The notes under the pieces were generated by a model, which did not search any database, was not told where the DNA came from, and saw only the letters and a list, made by a program, of their open reading frames with translations. Positions 12,001 to 23,705 of a stretch of 64,000 bases of DNA are shown piece by piece (position 1 is the first letter of the stretch; each line of letters begins with the position of its first letter). Made by a program: the position numbers and the translations under genes. The stretch spans positions 10,009,222 through 10,073,221 of the forward strand of contig NC_134030.1 in NCBI RefSeq assembly GCF_964204645.1. The letters run 5' to 3'. The DNA comes from Tubulanus polymorphus. Its lineage: Eukaryota; Animalia; Nemertea.

Positions 12001-15000
12001 GCCATCATCTTCAACGTATGACTGACCATAGATGAGATTTCGATCTTTTCGACCTCGTCGCTGCTGCCATGTAACATTCTCATCAGAAATCGCAGATTAA
12101 CTGTAACAAAATTCTTCGTAAATCAAACAAGCCATAGGCAACAATGGTTCTCGGGCTCAGGCGCCAACTCCGAAATTACCAAGTGTTAGTTCCCATTATA
12201 TTTTGGATATGTTGTATCTGGGGCAAATAGCTAAATTTTGTCAAGACTTCCTTTGAATTTCGACCTTGTTCCTCAGTTATGAGGTCATCTTCAAGGTCAC
12301 GTTGTTGAAAAACAAGAGTTTATAACGCCTAGTTCTGCCGCTAGGTGACGCACTTGGCCCATTCTTTGCAATGCACAACTACAGACCCCCATACTAACAT
12401 TGTACCCAAGTTTCATCAAGACCGACCCATTATTAACGAAGCTAAGTAGCGGAAAGCCAGACATAAAGACCCACACACAGAGACAGATTGACAGTACGAG
12501 AATAAGGATCTAATGGAAGCCTGAGAACAAAAAAAATTACATATGGAGGTAGCATTCAAGTTAAACCAGTCAATGGGAATAGAGTGCAAAGCTGATAAAA
12601 GCGACATTTACTTGAAAGCAAAGCAACTACTGTGAACCCCCAATATACCGCCCTCCCATATACCGCCAGGTTTTCTCAATAAACATCTCTATACAAATAC
12701 ATAGTAAAACACCTCCGATATACTGCCATACTCTCTATACCGCCAAAATCGGTCTGCACTGATGTGGGCGGTATATCAGGGGATTACCGTATATCATTTT
12801 GATATTTCTATACCTGGCTGTGGAAATTTCGGAGCATTGCCAAAGCCACCGAATTCCGGATCGTACGTTTTCGAAAGCTGCTGAAAACACAACGCGATGC
12901 AGTTTTCAGACGGGACAGATTGCTCACTATCGACTGCGGGGTTGTTCAACTTCTTCAATGCTTCGAGGATTTCTGAGCCCTGCTTTTGAAATTTGGCTGG
13001 ATCCTCTCGCCACTGCGGGTAAAAACAACAATTCACACGGTAAGCGCCATTTTATACAGATTTTCAATTTTCGTATGACGTAATTACAAACTTTTTGCGA
13101 TATATTCTTGAGCACGGTTGAGAATCCTGGCCGACCGTAGTAGACATCGTCTGGAGGAAAGTACGTTCCGCCGATAACTGGCTTTAAATCCGGAGTCAGC
13201 CAAACACTCATCGGCCAGCCACCTCGACCAGAGGTTGCCTGAAATCGAAAGGACACAAAATATAAAAAGATCTCAACTAGTATTCAAACGCATGATTTTC
13301 ACACTTTACTTAAATTCAAAATTCACAAGTTTTTCATAAGTATTTCATGGGCGATTTTTCGATTTTCCCAGATGGAAATGGGGACCTCCATATATGATCA
13401 TACTACAGAGACGTCATCATCTTAATGGTGACTGATTGAAAAAGGTGACTTTCAAGAAAAATTGCCGAAGAAAGTTGTTATTGCCAAATGCGACATTAAG
13501 TGTTAAACGAATATCGCAAATAATTTGCAGATTTAGGCGAAAATTCATGAAATTCCAAAATATTTACAAATTGGGCAATTGTCTAATCGAATAAGTACCA
13601 TAACTTATTTAAAATTCACAAGTCATTAGAATTGAATATAGCAAACCCCTCCAAACTCAAACCAATTGGCATCAGTTATTTTTGTTTTGAGTTAAGCAAT
13701 AGTTCAAGTAAAACAATATGAATCGATATAATTGATTTCAATTGCAATGATTCTAAGATTCGAGATAAGCGATTATTCAACATGGAAGCTGTGTAAACTA
13801 ATATCAATCTCAGTAGTTAATGAGTAAAACCTGCAGTTGATGATTTGACAATTAATTTTCTGGCAAATGAATCAATGGTAGATCACAATATCCGTGATAA
13901 AACGATACGAGTAAAGTCCCACAATAAAAGAATTAGATGATAAAATGTTTATCAAAACATATAAGAAATATTTCGGGTGGTTACTACCACCCTTCTTCAG
14001 TCTAAAATTTTAGACTGAAGAAGGGTGGTAGTTTTAGACATTCGTTCATTTTAGACTGAAGAAGGGTGGTAGTAACCACCCGAAATATTTCTTATATGTT
14101 TTAATAAACATTTTATCATCTAATTCTTTTATTGTGGGATTTTACTCATAATTTTCTGACAGTTTTGGCTCAGTTTTTTCATTTCTCTGATGATAAAGTT
14201 AAGTCAAAACTTGGAAACTATCAGAATAAACTGTTAACTTATCAACTATGGGATTTGCTCTTTAAAACCAAATAAATCAAAATTTGGACGGATTTTTTCG
14301 ACATGGTGCATCGAGCCACAGATGACCCAGCACGACGTTTACCTGAACGAAAGCCATATAGATTTTGTCCACATCGGGTCGTTCCTCGCGATCGACCTTC
14401 ACGCAAACGAAATTCTCGTTCATGATCTTCGCGACGCCTTCGTTCTCGAATGATTCTCTTTCCATAACGTGGCACCAATGACAGGTCGAGTAACCAACTG
14501 CAAAAGTAATTAATGCCTGCTGTATTTTTAGTTTAGAAGAGTTTTACGTCCCAACTGCAAGTACAGTGTGTAACTCTAGTACGTCTTAAGAGACGGCCAG
14601 GGCATTTTTACTGGTTGTTATGGCTCACAACCTGACTAAGTAAGCTGAGGTTAGTCCATGTACGTGTCTCGACAGCTAACGCCAGAGGTGGTTTCGAACT
14701 AGGGACCTCTTGGTTCCCAGCCCTCCACTCAACTAACTGAGCTAACTGCACAGGACATTATAATTGTGTAGTAAACACAGGCCATAGGGCCCTCCAAGCG
14801 GGCCATATAACTAAGTGGACCTAAACCAAATCAGCATTTTTCAGCCTAAGGCACCGCCCCTTTCATTTCAACTTTTTTTTGTAACATAGGTAGTATGTCT
14901 TGAGCAGTCTTCATTTGTAATACATACATTACACAGATGTAGGGTATTAGAAACTTTTGAATAAACCAGAAATAGGGACAACTTCATTGGCAAATTGCGG

Positions 15001-15850
15001 ACCTTTACTCTGAAGAATGAAAAAGTCTGCAAAATGGAAGCTAATCGGTCCCGCCAGATTTGAACTGATTCTACTGATATCTCGAGTAATCTATTTCGAT
15101 ACATACCTGATAAGAATATCAACTTGTTCTCATCTACTGCTTTACGAAAAGCCTCTTCTCCCCAGGGGTACCTAGATATTAACACGTTGACTTAAAATAC
15201 CGTATACCGAATGAAAAGAGAAATAGTATGTTCCTAAAGTGACATCAACAACAAAAGAATAAATACCACGCAGGGGTGGATTGAAGTTGCCCTTTTCATC
15301 GAGACAGTGATCATCAAAATCTGCCAATTTTACACTCTGCCTTTCCGAAATTGTATATTTTTGGACGCATTTCAAAAATACCAAATAGGCCTACCGAGGT
15401 TGGGACCCCGATATAGAAGCCTATGAAATGGCTATCTGAAAAAGTGCCTTTTCTCTTCTTCCATGGGCCCCAGCCTTCCAAATTTCCTAGATCCGCTGAA
15501 AAGTATTTGTTCAAAATTTTAGCAATAAAGGACATACCAATCGACCGGATTTGATGCATGCTGCAATAAATAGGGCGACCGTTCCTTTGACAATCTATTG
15601 ACAGCATTTCTTTGTTGGTTAGTCGACAAAGCCATCCTCCTGAAACAAGGTTTATTGAATAATATCATTGCTCATGACAAACCCTTATTCATATTCATTG
15701 AAACAATTCTGTTCCCGGTTTTGAATATTGGTCGGCCTACCAGTGTTCATTTAGGCTAATTATTTACCAGTTACTTCTTATCCCATACTGCACTTACGTT
15801 GTAATGACCAAGCGCCGTAAAACCCTGTTCGTAAAATTTGCCAGAAACAT
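6096..15850 (-). CDS. SPATA20: Spermatogenesis-associated protein 20 (thioredoxin-like DUF255 plus six-hairpin glycosidase-like fold, YyaL family), 15 exons, 753 aa
   Basis: Exons 15850-15798, 15639-15538, 15171-15107, 14497-14343, 13238-13092, 13012-12814, 12100-11970, 11348-11244, 10957-10883, 10571-10365, 10054-9862, 9275-9107, 8460-8252, 7402-7203, 6347-6096 (2262 nt, GT-AG). Motifs: [121 protein letters not shown]. The first exon is less certain than the rest. Confidence 0.95.
7930..8247. mobile_element. PIF/Harbinger-type MITE, TTA/TAA TSD
   Basis: TIRs GGCCACACCAAAA / TTTTGGTGTGGCC; TTA at 7927-7929 and 8248-8250. Confidence 0.8.
8620..8941. mobile_element. Degenerate fold-back element or MITE with about 80-bp inverted arms
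   Basis: AACTTGACTTGA...GCCTAGCTTAGT (about 8660-8697) is the approximate reverse complement of ACTGAGCTAGGC...TCAAGTCAAGTT (about 8878-8915). Confidence 0.55.
11562..11814. mobile_element. MITE with CAGGGTGGCCAC termini and near-perfect 5-bp TSD
   Basis: TIRs CAGGGTGGCCAC / GTGGCCAACCTG; flanks CACAT / CACTT; internal TTCCCTGA subrepeats. Partial relatives at about 10150-10304 and 44150-44204. Confidence 0.7.
12125..12530 (+). mobile_element. Interspersed repeat, AACAAG-start family (possibly non-autonomous Crypton-like), copy 1 of 3
   Basis: Aligns by eye over about 400 bp with 56371-56772 (+) and 43318-43766 (-): AACAAGCCATAGGC...GAGGTCATCTTCAAGGTCA...CATTGTACCCAAGTTTCATCAAG...GCTAAGTAGC...(GACA/GACG)n. 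No TIR or TSD seen. The superfamily is a guess. Confidence 0.75.
12630..12789. mobile_element. Tc1/mariner-type (Tigger-like) MITE, TA TSD
   Basis: TA|CTGTGAACCCCCAATATACCGCC ... GGCGGTATATCAGGGGATTACCG|TA; partial sister copy at about 40676-40833. Confidence 0.7.
13863..14148. mobile_element. Fold-back Penelope-terminus-derived insertion carrying two inverted hammerhead motifs
   Basis: About 100-bp near-perfect inverted arms (13909-14007 vs 14049-14147); 10-bp TSD TAATTTTCTG at 13853-13862 and 14149-14158. Confidence 0.8.
14051..14096 (+). ncRNA. Minimal type I hammerhead ribozyme motif (inverted copy at about 13960-14006)
   Basis: CTGAAGA-A-GGGTGGT(AGTA)ACCACCC-GAAA-TATT; stem I only about 3 bp (AGA/TCT). 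Confidence 0.65.
14182..14226 (+). ncRNA. Degenerate hammerhead-like motif in the host element
   Basis: TTCT-CTGATGA-TA-AAGTT(AAGTCAA)AACTT-G-GAAA-CTATC-AGAA, followed by AATAAA and TATGGGATTT; stem II closing pair is mismatched. Confidence 0.4.
14527..14753 (-). mobile_element. tRNA-derived SINE
   Basis: Minus strand: A box TAGCTCAGTTAG, B box GTTCGAAAC, body, then tail GGGACGTAAAAC...TCTAAACTAAAA. Confidence 0.75.
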
Positions 15851-16147
15851 CCGTCACGAGTGGCCCAGTGGGCGGAGCAAATCCAATACAGCAAATACAG
15901 TTGTTGGCATTAGATGGTCAGTTGATCGTGAAAGGGCATCACTTAAATTATTAGGATCTACTGAATCAAAAAGGCTTGTCAGTGAAAAATCTCTTAGGGC
16001 TTAAGACACCATTTGGCTTACTCCAGAATCTTAGGATAAGAAAATTTGCTAATGTATCCTTGCTTCTTGGGTAGTACGTCAACTTTTGTCCTCCATTTAG
16101 ACCACATGGGCTCGTATACTAGGCCTACCAGACCACATGGGCTAGTA

Positions 16148-16219
16148 TAGTCTAGTACCTAGCCGTTGTTCCTCAAACAACGTTGTAGGGAACCGTAACA
16201 ACGACTGGTATTCAGACTA
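16148..16219. mobile_element. 72-bp MITE, TAG...CTA termini, 9-bp TSD (AcademH-like)
   Basis: TAGTCTAGTACC...GGTATTCAGACTA flanked by GGGCTAGTA at 16139-16147 and 16220-16228. Confidence 0.75.
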
Positions 16220-16420
16220 GGGCTAGTATAACTATCAGAGTTATAGAGTAGGTAGTGCAAAAACGATAATCTTTTAATCCAGTATCTTTTTATATACATT
16301 ATAGACACTGGATTAACAGATCATCCTTTTTACACTACTTACAACTCTGATAGATAGTTATACGAGCCCCTGTGATTTAGACCCCCAGCTTATTCTAGAT
16401 GACTATGAGCCCCCTCTGGA

Positions 16421-16628
16421 TAGTCTAGTAGTATCTAGCTGTTGTTCCTGTCACCAAGAACCTTATGTCTGATGTTAGGGAGCACAGTTGGGTACACTAA
16501 ATAAAATTGTAGGGCACCCGACACAGATCATTGACACTGACTGTGGATACAACCACTTCCAGGACTGGGTGAACTGTTTCCCAAACTACTGTTGTAGGGA
16601 ATCATTGCAATGTCTGGTATTCAGACTA
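16421..16628. mobile_element. 208-bp MITE of the same TAG...CTA family, 9-bp TSD
   Basis: TAGTCTAGTAG...GGTATTCAGACTA flanked by CCCTCTGGA / CTCTCTGGA (1 mismatch). Confidence 0.7.
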
Positions 16629-18959
16629 CTCTCTGGACTGTGTGTGTTTGCTCCACTACGACACAACACCACACAGAAAGACCCGTCCCGAGCAAGAACA
16701 AGCAAGAAGAAGAAAAGGATCCGGGAAATTATTGACACAACTCTTTCTAATTTTATGCCCTGACATACTTTGAGGACACTTAAATTTGAAAGTATATGTT
16801 GTTTGGCACAGTTAACATACACTCTGAAGTAAATACCCCGCTTAATTGTTGTAAAAATCAGAAAAATATATTAGATTTTTCTGCAGTGTAAATTGTCCGT
16901 AAATTGTCGCTCGACGACCTTGAAAACGTCTCGGAAATGAAATGAAGGGTTCGCTGTGTAGACTGGTTACCGGTCTTGGACAGGCAACCAGTCTATGTAT
17001 AGTTGTGGTCACTTTTGCGCGAAATACAAACTACTTCAGACACACGTGCCACGACGCCGTGCCGAGCCGATCGTTCTTCGAATCAATCATCAAAACCTTA
17101 CTTCTAAATGTTTACTACGAATGCAACATGGCCCGATCGTATTGAAAAGTTTGATCCCATGGAACATCTATGAAAGTTAATATGATTCTCGAATTTCGTC
17201 AAAACTAGAAATTATCATAATGAGATAAAATGTGTACATTGTATCAGTTTTGATTGTGTTACTTGCTGTTCATTACACCAATCTCAAATTCTCACTGTCA
17301 AACTCTTTAGGCAAAAACTGTGTTCAATTGTTCTTTTTTGAATTGATATATCTAATCTATCCCCAGAAATATTCAACATCAAATATGTTCATCCATATTT
17401 AAAGCCTGTGTTTCGTGGATTTCATTCAATAGTGAAATTCGCTGTAAGATTCCAGCAAATAACTATTATGTAGTATTGATTCAAGATGTTTCGAAGATAT
17501 CATAATGTATGGCTGTGGATAGCAACATTTCTTAAATCTATTTGATTTCATTCTGTGCACAGGTTCGCTGTATTTCAACATATGACATTATGCTCCAATG
17601 AACTTCTATGAACTCAGTGACGTGACCTTGAGGACATTGTTTGACAATAGCTAGAATGTTTCCAACTGACCCACTGGTCCACACAGAGAACTACGTGACT
17701 CTATAATGTTTCAAAACTGATCCATTATGGTGAGTAAAAACCATTGATATCTTTTTGCAGTTTAAGGTAATTAATTCTATCCTCCCTGGTTTTTCATTTC
17801 TAAACTGATAGTATGAAAAGAACATAAGCCTTTTTGATAAGTCAAATAAGAAGCCCTGATGTGTATATTTAGAAACAAGCGCATTGAAGCGTTTTGATCT
17901 CGGGTCATTCATAAACAAGTGATGGACTATACCATTTATGCGGTTTGTGAAAGAATTTTAAATGCATTTGAAGCATTGCTATTTCTAATCAGAACCAGCA
18001 AGTTGATCAGATGAATATTTGTATTGTGGCCAGAAAACACATTTGATGTGTTTAAAGGCAACGTGTATTGTTATTAGTTATTAAATTTAGAGCTTTTACT
18101 GTTTGAGTTGATGCATTTTGAAACGTTAACACAGAAAATTGGTACATGATACATTTAATCCTTCTTAGAATGATATATTTATCTATCTGTTCACTGAGGG
18201 TATTTTGAATCTTTTTTTCGTTGTAATTCTAAACATATTTCTTCATTTGGATTTTTTTCAATAATCATGATACAACACACAAGCAACTAGATCAACATAA
18301 TTTTTCGATATCGAGTATTGAGGCTTTACTTTACGTAACATTTATATTTCTTTCTTTCACGCGCTTGTCTATTCAAGATGAGCTCATGCAGAAACGTTCT
18401 AAAATATATTTCGAAATGATTTCTTGTAATTTTAAGGAAGCTATTTAAATGCAAACTCTTCTGGTTATATTTAGCCGTGAGTATGTCAAAGCAATCACTT
18501 CATCAGGACACAATGTACCTTGTTTTAGATAAGAAAAAAAAGAACATAGACCTTTAAAGACAAGTCCTATTACACATAAATGCTTTCATAATAATGATGA
18601 TTATAATAAATGATAATAATAGTAATAGTAATAGTAATAGTATCAATCGCAATCGCAATAGTAACAGTAATCATAATCGTAAAGACAAATTCATGTCGCT
18701 CGTCAATTTTGAAATAAACAAAGCAAAACGTTTCTAAATCACTGGACAATCGCGTCAACGGTTCAAGGAGCATAAAATATCTTGTAAAAGATTTCTTTTA
18801 GGATATTTGAAGCATTTCAATTCCTAATCATCATAGCCAGCAACTTGAATTGATGTATGTTTATTTTGTAGTTACCTGTACAATACTATAAACATTTGAA
18901 AGAAACATGTGCCATATCTTTAAATGGTGAAATCTTTTTTAGTTAATGAACAAAATGTG

Positions 18960-20680
18960 CACCTTTATGAGATGAAACCTCATTCCCTACAAAAAGATGA
19001 AATCTTAGACGAATAGCTACATGTTCGCAGTGAAATCTACAGTCACCTATGGTGAACGTACAAAAATGGATCTGTTTTTGAGTTTCCTCTCCATTTAAAT
19101 GTTTTATCATCCTTTTCACTAATTTTTCGGCAGGTTTTGCAAGTCCTCTCTCTCTCTGCACTGTTTTCAGTCCCGTTCAGATCATTCTGGTTTCAACCCA
19201 CCGTAATTGCTGAAACTTCAATTCTCGAAAATTTTCCGGTGATGATTCCAGAGTTTAACACAATTTAGTGTAGGCAATTACATCATTGGTTCATAGCATG
19301 ACAGCACTCCCAGACTTCACAGACAAAATACAACACTATCGGCAATCATAATTCACTCATTTAATTTTGAAAAAAAAACAAATCGCTCCATTTTTAAGAT
19401 GAAATCTCTGAAGATTGAATGACCAAAGTGCCTCAAGACTACACACTGTCAAGGTAGGTTTCAGTGCGAAAAATATGACATATTGGATGAATAACTACAT
19501 CTCCTCATTGTAATCTAGTGTCGTCAACTATGGCAAGCACGAACATACATACAAAAAATGCATTTGTTTTTGGGTCTCCTCTCTCTCTTCTCTGTATCGG
19601 GAATCTAACTCCACAGCCTGAAACCTTCACGGCCGCCAACCCGACTGATGGCTTCAAGCCCGACTGTATGACGCTGAACAGGAAATGTATCGGTCAGACA
19701 GGGTCAGTTGGTGGTTTCCTGGCCTTGGTTTGATGAATTTTGCCAGTGCGCTACGCCGGTGCGAGCCAGATACTGGTCCAGGGTTCACACGGTTTTCATC
19801 GGTAGGTCTGGAGAGGGGGCTAGACTATCCAGCACGGGCCGCTGTCGGGAGGAGTCAGCTAAAGTTAGTGAAGGGCTGCAACATTTCTCAGAGAGTCATT
19901 ACATTTGGACCCTTTTTACTGTTTAATTTGACTTATTTGAAGCATTTGCGCAGAAAATCAGTTTCGAAATTAGAATATTTACTTACGATGATACGCTTTA
20001 AAAAGTATCATTCGGGATATTTTTGAACACATAATCTCTGATTAATAAGCTACGTTATAGATTTTGGCAGACAACACTCAAACTTTACAGATAAATGTAC
20101 AACTCGATCGCCCCATTTTTAAGATGAAATGTCACAGTGCATCAAGACTACAGAACAGTATAAGGTAGGTTTAAGCGAAAAGATGAAATCTTAGATGAAT
20201 GACCACATGCCCCCGGTGTAATCTACTGTCACCTATGGCGATCATCCATAGAAAAATGGATTTGTTTTTTTTTTGTCACCTCATGCTCTTTGAGTTTATT
20301 TTCGGCAAGTTTTGCGTTGCAAGTCCCCTGGCCTAACTCTTTGCACTGTTTTCAGTAGTCCAGTTCAGATCAGTCTGTTTTCAGCCCAAGGATATTTATC
20401 TGGTCATTATTGCAGAAACTTCAGTTAGTCCTCGAAAATTTTCCAGTGATGATTCAAGTGTTTAACACGATTTAGTGTAGGCAATTACATCATTGGTTCA
20501 TAGTATGACAGCACTCCCAGACTTCACAGACAAAATACAACACTATCAGCAATCATAATTCACTCATTTAATTTTGAAAAAAAAACAAATCGCGCCATTT
20601 TTAAGATGAAATCTCTGAAGATCGAATGACCAAAGTGCATCAAGACTACAGTGTCAAGGTAGGTTTAGGTGCGAAAAATA
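18960..20680. repeat. Degenerate tandem array of a roughly 430-480 bp unit, interrupted by about 500 bp of unrelated sequence
   Basis: 19146-19480 matches 20338-20680 closely (e.g. TAGTGTAGGCAATTACATCATTGGTTCATAG...CACTCCCAGACTTCACAGACAAAATACAACACTATC). The motif CCATTTTTAAGATGAAAT recurs at about 19388, 20114 and 20595. Confidence 0.8.
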
Positions 20681-21527
20681 TATATCCCATATTGAATTAA
20701 CTCGTTATGTGCTGTAAATAGAAATTACAAAATATTCTAACATTCATAGATAATCTTAAGAATTTTTGTCTATGAAAATATTCAGTGAGGAGTTTGTAAA
20801 TATGAAATTCAATCTGAAGCCTCATTCTGTGACATTTATTTCATGATAAATACACCGACTTCAAATTAGAATTCAAAATATATGGAATCCATCAAAAACT
20901 TACAGTAATAGTCTTCATGGTGGAGTTAACAGATTACTGTTGATAAATACAGATTTTGCAGTTAGTTCACTTTTCAGCAGTTAAGATATCACCATGTTAA
21001 CAGATTTACAGGAAATCTCAAAATAGTATATTCTTAAACGATTATTTCTATCAGTTTTTCAGTATGTTTAGTCGTCTTAGAAAATTCGAAGTTGTATACT
21101 TCAAAAATAAGGATTTGAACACGCAAGCTCGAGTGCCAACTATTAGCAATTTTTACTATATTTACATTCATTACATTTGTGCCTATTGTTTTCCTCCTTA
21201 AAACCCGAATTCTAAACTACATGTATTACTTTGACCCTAACCTAACTCTGGCCCTTTGGACCCTGTAAATCTAATCCTTTACCTTCTTTTTGACTCTTAG
21301 TCATTCCTTATGATAAAAAAGTCATTCCGTATTTGAATTTGATGTATTTTTCACGCGCAATTTTGTCATGAATTAGACTGTTGAAGTATTTTATTAGTAA
21401 GGCCTGGTAATTCACTTGTCAGTAAGATGGAATATTCAGGAAAGTGTTTTATGGAATTACCCTGAAATGTAGAGAGAATCCCACAATTATAACGAAAAAG
21501 TCCGAAAATGAAACTTCGAGATAGTAG

Positions 21528-21576
21528 TTTATTTCAACGTTTCGACTATATCCTAATAGTCATCTTCAGGAATAAT
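21528..21576 (-). ncRNA. Minimal type I hammerhead ribozyme in the 3' pLTR of the Penelope-like element
   Basis: Minus strand TTATTC-CTGAAGA-T-GACTAT(TAGGAT)ATAGTC-GAAA-CGTT-GAAATAA; core intact. This location is typical of PLE hammerheads. Confidence 0.8.
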
Positions 21577-23606
21577 GAGAAACTACAAAAATTATGAGAT
21601 ATATATACAATCCAGAGACAAAGAGACTAATTCAAGTAATTAGGGATGATACAAACTAAAGGAAAATTAACGTAGAATCAGTTACGCGCTAAAATAGATT
21701 AAAGGGAAGCAAACTAAGGGGTAATTATAAACAACAATAGTGAGTATAAATATAAATTAGAACTTGAAATCAGTAGTAAAAAGACAAACTAGGGGGCACT
21801 TAAATTAAAACAATGGTGAATACAAGTTGAGAGACTAAAATAGATGAGAGAACAAATAACAAATAATCAAAGGGGAATCAAGTGTTGAGTTTAACCAGTT
21901 GACAGAGGAATTTAGATATAAGTTTATTATGGGGTGAAAAACCATTGTTTAGGTTTACAACGTTGTTAGAATTTTCAATTATTAATGCAGATTCCAAAAT
22001 ATGTCTTTTAGTTTTATCGCTGCAAAGGTAAATTAATTCAGCATTAGCGAAATCAAAATTGTGTGAAGTCTGAAATACATGACTAGCAACTCCGCTTTCA
22101 GGTTTAAAGTTTTTTACATCTAACTTATGCTCTTTTATGCGTTGATTAAGGTTCCGACCTGTTTCTCCAATATATACTTTGTCGCAAACTTTACAAGGTA
22201 TTTTATAAATTCCACAGTTTAGGGATTCAGTTTTCGGTTTGTTATTGATCAATATGTTACTAAGTTTATTATTGTATTTAAAGATAAGTTGTTTATTTAG
22301 TGACCGAAGAGAAACTTTAGAATTCTCGAGGAAAGGTACATACGGTACAATGATAGGCTGTTTATCGGTAGCCAAGGTAGGAGTTCTAAGGTTGTTATTT
22401 CTAAAAATGCGTAGTACGAGCTTTAAGGAGAGCTTTTTTCAATATGAAATCGGGGTAGGCAAGTTTTTTGAGAGATTGGTTAATATGTTGAATTTCATCG
22501 GGTAGAAATAAGGGGTCGCAAATTCTCAAAGCGCGAAGAAATAATCCTTGAGCTAAACCAAGTTTAATATCTCGAGAAGTAAAAGAGAAGTAATGGAGGT
22601 AGGATTCAGCGTTGGTAGGTTTCCTATAAACCGCGAATTTCAAAAAGGATCCACAGTTAAAAATCAAAACATCCAGAAAGGGTATTTTACTATTAGATTC
22701 CCATTCATATGTAAAAGCCAGAGACGGGTAAAGGGAGTTTAAATATATAAGAAAGTTATCAACATTGAAGTCAAAGGGAACCAAAGCCAGAACATCGTCA
22801 ACATATCTGAGCCAGATTTTAGGGTGAATATCAGTATAAAGAGGCGATATTTCAGATTCAACATGTTCTAGGAATAAATTAGCTAGAATAGGACTAAGAG
22901 GGTTTCCCATAGCGATACCGAATGTCTGTTCGTAAAAACAATTGTTGAATTCAAAAAAGGAGTCCGTCGTACAAATAGAGATAAGGTCGATGATACAATC
23001 CGTAGGAATGCCGAAGTTAATATTAAGTGATGGTAATCTGCGTTTTAAGAAATCAAGAGTAGGTCCAAGAGGAACATTGGTAAAAAGGGAAGTAACATTA
23101 AATGATATAAATTTGTCGTTGCCAGCGATAATATTCTTAATACGTTCAAGTAAGTGTTGATTATGGCGAAGGTGCGACGGAGAGAACGAACCGAGCACAG
23201 GAGATAACTGTTTCGCGAGCAATTTTGATAAGCGGTATGTAGGAGAATTACAATTGGAGACTATAGGGCGCAGTGGACCATTATCTTTATGAATTTTAGG
23301 CAATCCATAGATATATGGTAAAGAGGGAAGACGTGAATGGAACTTATTCAGAGTTTCTTTAGCGGTGGGAAAACGTTTAATAATATCCGAAAGACTTCTG
23401 TTGAAATTAGCTTGCATACGAGGAAGAGGATTCGATTTAAGCTTTTTATAAACACCAGGATTATCCAAGAGAGATTGCATTTTAACATAATAATTATCCA
23501 GATCTAAAATCACAATCTTGCCACCTTTATCAGCCTTAGATATTTTAATAGTCTTTAACTTCCGTAGTTCTTGGAGGGCGAGCCGAAATCGACGAGGTAG
23601 ATATTC

Positions 23607-23705
23607 ATTTCATTTCATTTCGTTTATTGTAACTTTGTACAAAGTACAGTATACAAATATCGTTCATGTAATACATATTATAATATAGTGGCAATACATA
23701 CATAC
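23607..23705 (-). mobile_element. 99-bp 3'-end fragment of a non-LTR element inserted in the Penelope ORF
   Basis: Splits LNRKLF|EYLPRRF; ends in AATAAA followed by a (GAAAT)3 tail on the minus strand. Confidence 0.65.

Noticed and set aside
14680-14753. Functional tRNA genes here and at about 35105-35125, 38500-38564 and 46480-46550
   Set aside because: A/B boxes are present but no complete cloverleaf, and the sites are attached to SINE or MITE bodies.
23607-23705. 99-bp in-frame insert as an intron in the Penelope ORF
   Set aside because: It starts with GTATGT but has no terminal AG. It ends in a poly(A) signal plus a (GAAAT)n tail, so it is a retro-fragment.
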